Virus record (IMG/VR): IMGVR_UViG_3300045988_174992
Length of the DNA: 64,000 nt
Direction: 5' to 3' (one strand)
DNA from: a virus
This document shows, in pieces, positions 36,330-43,580 of this stretch. A model generated the notes under the pieces. It had not been told where the DNA came from, did no database searches, and worked only from the letters and a program-made list of their open reading frames with translations. Position 1 is the first letter of the stretch. The number at the start of each line of letters is the position of its first letter. The translations under genes and the position numbers were made by a program.

Positions 36330-37181
36330 ATGAGAAATTTTGTATCATTACGTTATGTTCATGACAATGCTCCATCTATATGGAAATATATGACAGAGCA
36401 TAATTGCATACTGAAAAAATTTGGATCCACTATATATGAAGGAATATTAGATGAAGGAAAGTACTTGAAATATTTGTCAGATGATGATAGTCCTTCTATT
36501 ACAGTGGAATGTTATGTGAATCCAGATTCTACAATACTGCTTACTGTAGATAATAATGATTATATAGATAGAGTGAAAAGTCTTTCTAGTAAAGTAGAAG
36601 ATATAATTGCAAATCCTAAATTATATTGTGAAGCTATAAATATGATAACAATGATTCCTATGGTTGAAGGAAATACTTGGAAAGATAAGATAAAGTATGT
36701 ATTAGAAGAAGGAGAGGAAGAAGGTCAAGGTATGGATGATGCAGCTTCAGAAGAAACATCAGATACAGGAGATGATGGAAATACTGAAAACAATAGTCCT
36801 GCATTAGGTCAAGATGGAGCTAAAGATGATGCTAAAGCTAAGCAACGTTCTGAAATTAAATTTAAGATATTTACTGCGCCAGATAAGCAAGTAACGGATT
36901 TGAAGGAAGGTGAGAAATATCTAAAGATAGAATATGTATATAGAGACAAGAAAGCTGGAATAGAAATAGATTTCTTAATAGGTAAAAAGAAAGAAAATGG
37001 AAATTGGCAACTTTATATTGGCAAACCAGGTTCAGCTAGTTATGATGATGACCCATATAAATCATTAGAGACAAAAGAATTGTCAAAAGCAATAAATAAA
37101 GCTGTTGATGAAGCCATGGACTTGATAGAAGAAGTTAAGAAAGATAAAGATAAATGGGTACAATTCTATACATATAAATAA
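36330..37181 (+). CDS. hypothetical protein with central acidic linker (283 aa)
   Basis: ORF track. Confidence 0.6.
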   Translation: MRNFVSLRYVHDNAPSIWKYMTEHNCILKKFGSTIYEGILDEGKYLKYLSDDDSPSITVECYVNPDSTILLTVDNNDYIDRVKSLSSKVEDIIANPKLYCEAINMITMIPMVEGNTWKDKIKYVLEEGEEEGQGMDDAASEETSDTGDDGNTENNSPALGQDGAKDDAKAKQRSEIKFKIFTAPDKQVTDLKEGEKYLKIEYVYRDKKAGIEIDFLIGKKKENGNWQLYIGKPGSASYDDDPYKSLETKELSKAINKAVDEAMDLIEEVKKDKDKWVQFYTYK

Positions 37182-37191
37182 ATATAAACAA

Positions 37192-37220
37192 AGAGCATTC
37201 TAGAATGCTCTTTTCTTTTT
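37192..37220 (+). terminator. intrinsic terminator
   Basis: AGAGCATTC-ta-GAATGCTCT followed by TTTTCTTTTT. Confidence 0.7.
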
Positions 37221-37222
37221 AG

Positions 37223-37295
37223 AGCCATTAACCGGGTATGATCCGATAACCTTCTGTTTACAAAACAGATGCTCTACCAATTGAGCTATAATGGC
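37223..37295 (-). tRNA. tRNA-Thr(UGU)
   Basis: Acceptor GCCATTA/TAATGGC, D-arm GCTC-AATTGGT-AGAGC, anticodon stem TCTGT/ACAGA with loop TTTGTAA. T-loop ATCATAC is non-canonical. Confidence 0.8.
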
Positions 37296-37437
37296 ATATA
37301 AAATCAAATATGGCATCAGATGTGCAAACTATCATGACCATATTCTAGTAATACATTGAGCTATCAGGAGTACCCGTAGATTGCACTGACACCTCTAACA
37401 ACTGCCTAGTTAAATGCTAGGTCCTCTCTATTACTTG

Positions 37438-37511
37438 TGGAGATGATGGAGTATGATTCCATATAATCTGTCTTGCAAGGACAGTGCTCTATCCATTTAA
37501 GCTACATCCCC
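37438..37511 (-). tRNA. tRNA-Ala(UGC)
   Basis: Acceptor GGGGATG/CATCTCC with G3:U70, loop CTTGCAA, T-loop ATCATAC. Confidence 0.85.
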
Positions 37512-37706
37512 ATTTCTAGTACTTATTCATTGTACTAAAATATATTCTGTAGCGAATTATATGCAGAATAATATTTTATATATGTACAATGAAGTAAGGT
37601 TGGCAGGTACTAGAACCTTCAAGTGATTAGCTTGACCATATCCATTTTGAGTAGCGTTCAAAATCAAAGATTTATCACGCCGCCTCTAAATAATCGTTGC
37701 CGTTTG

Positions 37707-37779
37707 CTGGCACCCTGGGACTCGAACCCAGGACCTTGAACTTAACGGGTTCCTGCTCTACCAACTGAGCTAAGCACCA
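37707..37779 (-). tRNA. tRNA-Asn(GUU), atypical
   Basis: D-arm GCTC-AGTTGGTA-GAGC, T-arm CTGGG-TTCGAGT-CCCAG, loop CCGTTAA (C at position 33). The acceptor stem needs three G:U pairs. Confidence 0.6.
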
Positions 37780-37810
37780 ATCAATTCTTCACAGTGAATT
37801 ACTCTGTTAG

Positions 37811-37892
37811 TGATGGGTGTGGGAGTCGAACCCACTATTGTACGGCTTATGAGACCGACGTGATTTATAAATATCCGTTTCACTCACCCACG
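37811..37892 (-). tRNA. tRNA(CAU), Met/initiator-like, with 16-nt D-loop
   Basis: T-arm GTGGG-TTCGACT-CCCAC, loop CTCATAA, D-stem GTGA/TCAC enclosing AACGGATATTTATAAA, and a C1xC72 mismatch. Confidence 0.5.
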
Positions 37893-37908
37893 ATATATAG
37901 TTAACTAT

Positions 37909-38934
37909 TTAAATAATAGTATTTTCTTTTAAATATTTCAAGAATTCATTAAATTTTTCTTTAACAAAATTTTTATTTGCCTTCCCCATATCTTTTATAA
38001 TATAAGGTGTCCAACCACATTCTTCAATTTCTTTTATCTTTATTTTATCCCTATTTTGTGTTTGTTTAACAGAATGTGATTTTGTAATTTGTTTATAATG
38101 CCATGGGCCATTCCATAATACCGCAAATTTTATATCTTCTATTATTATATCTGCATCCCATCCATTAAATATACATTCATTATGTTTAATATTATTAAAA
38201 TATTCTTCACATAATTTACAGAATTCAATTTCATTTTTACTACGTCTTAAATCACCTTGATGTTGTATTCCTTTGCAACCACCATTATGTAAACCTAACC
38301 AACTTTCTTTAGAAAATAATTTACCATTGATATAATGATATCCCTTTAATTTTAATTTTTCAATTTCTTTATTTCGTTTATCTTCTAATTCTTTTAATTG
38401 GGATAAATTCAATAATTCCCTTTTAATTATTTCTATTTTCTTTGTTAGTTTTTTATATTCATAATATTCATCATCTATTTTATTAGAATTATGTACCTTA
38501 TTTATGTGTTTTGGTTTACATTCATCACACATACAAGTTTTTATTGATGCTCTTGATGATATTGTTATTTCTTTACCACATTCAATGCATTTCGCTTGTT
38601 TAGTATTTCCTGTAGATAATTTTCCTACATAAGAATGTGAACATTCAAGACTACAAAAATATTTTTTATTTATGTCAAATTTATTTTGTCTTTCCTTAAT
38701 TTTAAATTCTTTTCCACAATTAAAACATTTTACATTATATTCTAATAGTGGATTTTTTCTTTGATATGCAATTTGTAATGCTATGCCAGAATTTTTTGAA
38801 CATTTAGCAACACGTTCATCAGTTTCATTTGTAAGGCCTGAATTCCACATTAATTTATGGTTTGGATTCATTTTACAATATTTTTCATGTTGCTTTACAT
38901 TTTTATATTCTTTATTGCAATATCTACATTCCAT
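37909..38934 (-). CDS. free-standing homing-endonuclease candidate: N-terminal Cys-rich zinc-ribbon repeats plus C-terminal Vsr/DUF559-like PD-(D/E)xK domain
   Basis: CRYCNKEY...HEKYC, CFNCGKEF...CSLECSH and CIECGKE...CMCDEC clusters. C-terminus GWDADIIIEDIKFAVLWNGPWHYK...QNRDKIKIKEIEECGWTPYIIKD. Embedded in the tRNA island. Confidence 0.55.
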   Translation of the reverse strand: MECRYCNKEYKNVKQHEKYCKMNPNHKLMWNSGLTNETDERVAKCSKNSGIALQIAYQRKNPLLEYNVKCFNCGKEFKIKERQNKFDINKKYFCSLECSHSYVGKLSTGNTKQAKCIECGKEITISSRASIKTCMCDECKPKHINKVHNSNKIDDEYYEYKKLTKKIEIIKRELLNLSQLKELEDKRNKEIEKLKLKGYHYINGKLFSKESWLGLHNGGCKGIQHQGDLRRSKNEIEFCKLCEEYFNNIKHNECIFNGWDADIIIEDIKFAVLWNGPWHYKQITKSHSVKQTQNRDKIKIKEIEECGWTPYIIKDMGKANKNFVKEKFNEFLKYLKENTII

Positions 38935-38944
38935 AATTTTAATG

Positions 38945-38973
38945 ATTGTCAGACTACTTGGCAGTCTGACAAT
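38945..38973 (-). promoter_or_regulatory. 11-bp stem hairpin 11 nt upstream of the endonuclease start codon
   Basis: ATTGTCAGACT-acttggc-AGTCTGACAAT. Confidence 0.4.
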
Positions 38974-39149
38974 TTGTATGTTATTTCAAAGAATTTTCGG
39001 GGCCGAGGCATGTCCTTAAGTACCATCGTATGGGACATTTTATCAGTTTCTCCTAATCTTCAACGTGCTATATTATGAGGTAGCGCTACTTCTCTTTTCA
39101 ACGTTCCATGAACTAGTATACTCCCTGGTACGGACTCGATGTTTAATTG

Positions 39150-39223
39150 TACTCCAGGAGGGACTTGAACCCCCGACCACTTGGGTATAAGCCGAGCACT
39201 CTAACCAACTGAGTTACTGGAGT
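39150..39223 (-). tRNA. tRNA-Ile(UAU)
   Basis: Acceptor ACTCCAG/CTGGAGT, T-arm GGGGG-TTCAAGT-CCCTC region, loop CTTATAC. One C:A mismatch in the anticodon stem. Confidence 0.75.
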
Positions 39224-39237
39224 ATTTATTTATATTA

Positions 39238-39268
39238 AATATAGAACAACTATATCCAAAATTTCAAA
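39238..39268 (-). promoter_or_regulatory. minus-strand promoter motif copy D (internal to the tRNA island, spacer 13)
   Basis: Plus strand reads AATATAGAAC-aactatatccaaa-ATTTCAAA. Confidence 0.55.
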
Positions 39269-39276
39269 GAATTTTG

Positions 39277-39350
39277 TAGGTGGTATAGGACTTGAATCTA
39301 TGACCTCTTGCTTATCAGGCAAGCTATCTAACCAACTGATATAACCACCT
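39277..39350 (-). tRNA. tRNA-Ile(GAU)
   Basis: Acceptor AGGTGGT/ACCACCT, loop CTGATAA, T-arm ATAGA-TTCAAGT-CCTAT. Confidence 0.85.
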
Positions 39351-39356
39351 AAATTG

Positions 39357-39428
39357 TTGGACCACGGAGGTTCGAACTCCGAATGACAGAACCAAAATCT
39401 GTAGTGTTTCCAATTACACCATAGTCCA
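39357..39428 (-). tRNA. tRNA-Gln(UUG)
   Basis: Acceptor TGGACTA/TGGTCCA, loop TTTTGGT, T-arm CGGAG-TTCGAAC-CTCCG. Confidence 0.85.
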
Positions 39429-39437
39429 ATTTATTTG

Positions 39438-39514
39438 CGGAGCATAAGGGACTCGAACCCTTAGTTTTACTAGAGTGACAGTCTAGTTCCCTTACCAACA
39501 GGGCTTAATACTCC
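39438..39514 (-). tRNA. tRNA-Asp(GUC)
   Basis: Acceptor GGAGTAT/ATGCTCC, anticodon arm CTAGA-CTGTCAC-TCTAG, T-arm AAGGG-TTCGAGT-CCCTT. The D-arm and variable region are slightly irregular. Confidence 0.7.
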
Positions 39515-39663
39515 CAATACTGATTAAAGTCTCAGTTAGCTGCACATCAATCTCCTATGTGGCTTTTGCAATAACTTTAGTTGCAAGCAACATAAAGCGT
39601 TGATTATATCTAAATTGCTCACACATCACTTTGTCATGATTTTCATTTGTTCTTTTGACCCAG

Positions 39664-39746
39664 TGGGCAGAGAGAGATTCGAACTCCCGAAGGCCGAAGC
39701 CATTTGATTTACAGTCAAACCATTTTAACCACTTATCTATCTACCC
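39664..39746 (-). tRNA. tRNA-Tyr(GUA), long variable arm
   Basis: Acceptor GGGTAGA/TCTGCCC, loop CTGTAAA, variable arm TGGCTTCGGCCTTC, T-arm GGGAG-TTCGAAT-CTCTC. Confidence 0.85.
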
Positions 39747-39757
39747 AATTTTATTAG

Positions 39758-39829
39758 TAGCCGCAGCGAGAATCGAACTCGCCTTGACAGATCGAAAATC
39801 TGTAGTACTAACCACTATACGATACGGCC
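39758..39829 (-). tRNA. tRNA-Glu(UUC)
   Basis: Acceptor GGCCGTA/TGCGGCT, arm ACAGA-TTTTCGA-TCTGT, T-arm GCGAG-TTCGATT-CTCGC. Confidence 0.85.
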
Positions 39830-39951
39830 ATTTAGTACACCCTTATTCCATTCTGCAGCAATGGGAATGTACAAGGTCAGTAGGTTGACCAGCCTCCATA
39901 TTGGTTTATTTAAGAGAACCAACGTTAAACTGTTTTGATTAAACTCTTTCG

Positions 39952-40022
39952 TGCCAGAAGTGAGAATCGAACTCGCCTTGACAGATCGAAATCTGTAGTA
40001 CTAACCACTATACGATACTGGC
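39952..40022 (-). tRNA. tRNA-Glu paralog with 6-nt anticodon loop (anticodon-less tRNA-like RNA or pseudogene)
   Basis: The body is identical to tRNA-Glu except for a 1-nt deletion in the anticodon loop (ACAGAT-TTCG-ATCTGT), one T-stem change and a remodelled acceptor stem GCCAGTA/TTCTGGC. Confidence 0.6.
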
Positions 40023-40032
40023 ATTCAAATTA

Positions 40033-40224
40033 TTATTTTTGACATAATTGCTTGATCTTATTCTTAATTCTTTCTAGTGTTACACTAGATTCCTCATTAA
40101 ATTGATCAGTATCAATAACTGCATCTATTACCATAAGCAATTGCATGAATCTCATATCTGGAAACATCCAGGCAAATTGCTTTGTAATATCCAATATCTT
40201 AATGTTTGCTTCTAATCTTGTCAT
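40033..40224 (-). CDS. hypothetical 63-aa protein
   Basis: ORF track; preceded by promoter copy E. Confidence 0.5.
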   Translation of the reverse strand: MTRLEANIKILDITKQFAWMFPDMRFMQLLMVIDAVIDTDQFNEESSVTLERIKNKIKQLCQK

Positions 40225-40261
40225 AATAATTATGTTTTAATGTTTTATAACTTACATATAT

Positions 40262-40291
40262 AATATAGATTTGATTTATCAGTATTTCAAA
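40262..40291 (-). promoter_or_regulatory. minus-strand promoter motif copy E (spacer 12)
   Basis: Plus strand reads AATATAGATT-tgatttatcagt-ATTTCAAA. Confidence 0.55.
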
Positions 40292-40552
40292 GATCTTTCA
40301 AAAAATTTTCATTTTTTTTTTTGTTTATCAACTTTTTTAAATCAACAAAGAGCAACACATTTCTGCATTGCTCTTGTCTTGATTGTATTGTTGAATGTTT
40401 AAACAGTGGAGGCATTGTTTAAATTATACACATACAAGACTTGATATGTATAATTATATGTTCTCATTTGTTTAATATTTCTATGTTCATTAATTAATTA
40501 TAATCTATAAATAGATAAATGGTCTATAAATTTTGGTTAAATATTGTTAAAA

Positions 40553-41176
40553 TTACTTTTTTACATTCTTTAATGAATCATCAGAGAATACATATAAGAA
40601 TTTTGAACCTTTACTTAAATACAAATTAGTACGGAATTGTATACCAGTAATAAGCTTATCATCAACAATACACATAACTGGATATACATTAACAACTGCT
40701 GTACCTTCTCCTGTCTTTACATACATATCCTTTTCAAGAGTAATAATTTCTTGATTGAATATGGCATCCATCTTTTTAAGTTCTCTATCCATTTCATCAG
40801 TCAAACCCAACCTTTTAAGTTCTTTATTTGCATATAATACATTCTTAATGGTAAGTTTCTTATTTTCAATAGATGCATCTTGATCTTTAAGATATTTATT
40901 AATATTGATTAGGTCAACAAATCCACGTTGGCCAACACTATAAAGATCTGCTTTATTCTGGATGTCATCGTAAGCTTGTCTTGCATTATCATCATTTACT
41001 GCATAATAAGGACCATCACCAATAACCTTCTTACAAGCAGCCTCAAGTTCTTTATGCCGTTTCTTAGAAAAACCTACTTTTGTAAACAAATCCTTCAAAG
41101 TATCAAATTCTTCTGCATTCTTGATAATATAAGATGAATCAAGTGATTCATAAATAGATTGTACTAATGATTTCAT
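40553..41176 (-). CDS. hypothetical 207-aa protein with MKSLVQSIYE leader (CTS-like family)
   Basis: ORF track; I8/E10 leader; an A13 tract lies just upstream of the ATG on the minus strand. Confidence 0.6.
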   Translation of the reverse strand: MKSLVQSIYESLDSSYIIKNAEEFDTLKDLFTKVGFSKKRHKELEAACKKVIGDGPYYAVNDDNARQAYDDIQNKADLYSVGQRGFVDLININKYLKDQDASIENKKLTIKNVLYANKELKRLGLTDEMDRELKKMDAIFNQEIITLEKDMYVKTGEGTAVVNVYPVMCIVDDKLITGIQFRTNLYLSKGSKFLYVFSDDSLKNVKK

Positions 41177-41462
41177 TTTATTTCTTTTTATTTTTTTTTT
41201 TTTATTTCTTTTTAATGATGATTAAAAATAATATATAGATATCACATATTTTGAGATAGGTGTGTCCATCAATTCCACTATGGAAGTAATAAAATAAATT
41301 GATAGCAAGTACGTACTTCTTGCATCAGACCTTCGTGTAGAGTTTACATGGTGTTTTTAGTTATTTATCCTTAGTATGCACCGTATTTACCCACAGCTTT
41401 AAGCATACTTACCTTCATAACTCGTCTTTCTTCCTTCTCTATTCAAGATTGCTATCAATTTG

Positions 41463-41548
41463 TACTCCGAACGGGGATCGAACCCGTACAACCATTCCTG
41501 GTCAAGGGATTTTAAGTCCCTCGTGTATACCAATTTCACCATCGGAGC
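41463..41548 (-). tRNA. tRNA-Leu(UAA), long variable arm
   Basis: Acceptor GCTCCGA/TCGGAGT, arm AGGGA-CTTAAAA-TCCCT, T-arm ACGGG-TTCGATC-CCCGT. Confidence 0.85.
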
Positions 41549-41818
41549 ATTTAGGAATTACAAAAGGTGACGCTACCGGTGTCTGCACCTAAAACTTCAT
41601 TCCTGTCCATACATATAGTTATCCAGATAGTATATTATGGTGGTTTCATCTAACTTACTGACTTCTTTAGAATTCGTTAGAAGTTCTGAAGCGATCTGTT
41701 TAAGCAGATCCATAACTCGTTTACTAATCATACTTTATTCTCTTTAGGATAACATAGAGAGCCATTAGACTTCCATACTAATGTTAGACTTTCATAAATT
41801 ACATTATTTCAACGATTG

Positions 41819-41901
41819 TGGGAATAGTGGGACTCGAACCCACACGCTATTGAAGCACCAGATCCTAAGTCTGGCCTGGCTACCAATTACAGCATATTCC
41901 C
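41819..41901 (-). tRNA. tRNA-Leu(UAG), long variable arm
   Basis: Acceptor GGGAATA/TATTCCC, arm CCAGA-CTTAGGA-TCTGG, T-arm GTGGG-TTCGAGT-CCCAC. Confidence 0.85.
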
Positions 41902-41908
41902 AAATTAG

Positions 41909-41982
41909 TGGCGTAAGATGGGCTCAAGCCAACGACCTCATCAGCATGAATGATGCGCTCTAATCAACTGAGCTATTACGCC
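41909..41982 (-). tRNA. tRNA-Met(CAU), atypical T-loop
   Basis: Acceptor GGCGTAA/TTACGCC, D-arm GCTC-AGTTGATT-AGAGC, arm CATCA-TTCATGC-TGATG, T-arm GTTGG-CTTGAGC-CCATC. Confidence 0.7.
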
Positions 41983-42364
41983 ATTGTGGGCATACCCTAT
42001 TTTATAGAATTACTTCCCACATAATTCAACCATCTTAAGCAGGTGTACGAATCTCATGACAATTCGCTTGGGCGATATATTCTCTTATAATCAGAATGTT
42101 TTACGATGCTTTAAACTACTGAGCCATACAGGCCCTGACTGCATAGTGAACTTAAATGAATCAATTAGTTTAACAAGCGTTACCAAACCTTATACTTGTT
42201 ATTTCATTGACATTTAAAATACAAATGTAGGGAGGCGGCCATAGGTTTGGCTTCCTTCATCCGCGCTTTGTATATGTTTCATGCAATTACTGTGCACATA
42301 ATTGCACTACTCTTCTCAGCTACATTGTTTTTATTCAATCACCAGTATATTCTGATCACGTTTG

Positions 42365-42436
42365 GGGTTCCTTAGAGAATCGAACTCTAATAAGGAGAAC
42401 CACAATCTCCTGTCCTACCATTGAACGAAAGAACCC
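42365..42436 (-). tRNA. tRNA-His(GUG) with encoded G-1:C73
   Basis: G-1 + GGTTCTT/AGGAACC + C73, arm GGAGA-TTGTGGT-TCTCC, T-arm TAGAG-TTCGATT-CTCTA. Confidence 0.85.
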
Positions 42437-42453
42437 ATATATATTAGCAATGT

Positions 42454-42858
42454 TTATGCTACATTATTAATATAGAAATTATCTTCTAAAGTTTCATCGT
42501 AAATATCATCATATTCTTGAATTCCTTCATTGATAAGTTTCTTGTTGTTGACACGTTGCAACTTGATTTTTCGCTTAGCATCAATTTTGTCTGATACATA
42601 AGTACGATATCCAGAGCCATTCTTCAAAAACCTAGCCCACGGATCACATTTCTTCATTTCTCTCCATGAAGTTGGTCTTCTCAAATTAGGAATCATTATT
42701 GTACGTCTGATTTTCTTACCATTGGCATCATTCATGTTGAATGAATATTCTTTCTTACCATCAGTAAAAATACTATCAAACATGAACTTCTTACAACGAG
42801 AATTCCACTTTGATTCAGTCTTCTTTCTTCTCCAAGCTCTATTTCTAATGTTACTCAT
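42454..42858 (-). CDS. basic 134-aa protein inside the tRNA island, function unknown
   Basis: ORF track; K/R-rich N-terminus (MSNIRNRAWRRKKTESKW). Confidence 0.55.
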   Translation of the reverse strand: MSNIRNRAWRRKKTESKWNSRCKKFMFDSIFTDGKKEYSFNMNDANGKKIRRTIMIPNLRRPTSWREMKKCDPWARFLKNGSGYRTYVSDKIDAKRKIKLQRVNNKKLINEGIQEYDDIYDETLEDNFYINNVA

Positions 42859-42889
42859 ATATTAACAACATTTTAAAATTAAAAACTTG

Positions 42890-42961
42890 CACACCGGACT
42901 GGAATCGAACCAATACCTGCAGTTTTGGAGACTGCTAGCCTAACCATTAACCGACCGGTGC
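42890..42961 (-). tRNA. tRNA-Trp(CCA)
   Basis: Acceptor GCACCGG/CCGGTGT, arm GCAGT-CTCCAAA-ACTGC, T-arm ATTGG-TTCGATT-CCAGT. Confidence 0.85.
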
Positions 42962-42973
42962 GTATGAAATTTG

Positions 42974-43046
42974 TAGGGTAGACCGGACTTGAACCGACGA
43001 CCACTGCATCCCAAATGCAGCATTCTACCAACTGAACTACTACCCT
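42974..43046 (-). tRNA. tRNA-Pro(UGG)
   Basis: Acceptor AGGGTAG/CTACCCT, arm CTGCA-TTTGGGA-TGCAG, T-loop TTCAAGT. Confidence 0.85.
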
Positions 43047-43061
43047 TTATAAAGATATTAG

Positions 43062-43139
43062 AGCATCAGACGAGATTCGAACTCGCGAAAGCCTTCTGGT
43101 TGGAAGCCAGATGTGCACCACCAACTACACCACTGATGC
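43062..43139 (-). tRNA. tRNA-Gly(UCC)
   Basis: Acceptor GCATCAG/CTGATGC, arm TCTGG-CTTCCAA-CCAGA, T-arm GCGAG-TTCGAAT-CTCGT. Enlarged D and variable loops. Confidence 0.75.
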
Positions 43140-43146
43140 ATGTTTG

Positions 43147-43219
43147 AGCAGATGATGAGGATCGAACTCACAACTTCTTCCTTGGCAAGGAAGCACTCTA
43201 ACCATTGAGCTACATCTGC
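43147..43219 (-). tRNA. tRNA-Gly(GCC)
   Basis: Acceptor GCAGATG/CATCTGC, arm CTTCC-TTGCCAA-GGAAG, T-arm GTGAG-TTCGATC-CTCAT. Confidence 0.85.
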
Positions 43220-43292
43220 TTATACTATAACCGGGTTGACTTTGCAATAGGATCTTATTCTCTCGGCATTGCTAGTTCTCCGGTTTATTATG

Positions 43293-43367
43293 TGGTTCAA
43301 CAAAGATTCGAACTTTGGACCCTCTGCTTGTAAAGCAGATGCTCTAAACCAACTGAGCTATTGAACC
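43293..43367 (-). tRNA. tRNA-Val(UAC)
   Basis: Acceptor GGTTCAA/TTGAACC, arm TCTGC-TTTACAA-GCAGA, T-arm CAAAG-TTCGAAT-CTTTG. Confidence 0.9.
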
Positions 43368-43580
43368 AAAATACAAGAACGAGAGTTTCTATAGTCCTTT
43401 TAGCCATCGGTATCTATAGACAACATAGAAAACTTATACTAGATATATTTACTGCAGCATATATCCACTTAATATTTCTATTTGAGGAGAGCAACATTAT
43501 ATCGCGAATATGGTGTCCACTCGACGTATCAATCTCTTTCAATGAACTTCAATGTCATTATTGGTTCTTGTATGTAAATG

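Noticed and set aside
37296-37437. Possible extra tRNA between tRNA-Thr and tRNA-Ala
   Set aside because: A CCTAG/CTAGG stem-loop exists, but position 33 would be A on the minus strand. I could find no acceptor or T-arm. It is left as unexplained spacer and not called.
41550-41815. Possible ochre-suppressor-like stem-loop GATCTG-CTTAAA-CAGATC (minus strand, about 41694-41711)
   Set aside because: It has a 6-nt loop on a 6-bp stem and no surrounding cloverleaf (no D-arm, T-arm or acceptor pairing). It is probably just one of several spacer hairpins.
42230-42267. SRP/4.5S-like motif (GAAGGAAGCC on the minus strand) in the GC-rich core
   Set aside because: It only partly resembles the GGAAGGAAGCAGCC helix-8 region. 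The flanking pairing expected for domain IV could not be drawn. It is kept only as part of the unexplained-spacer finding.
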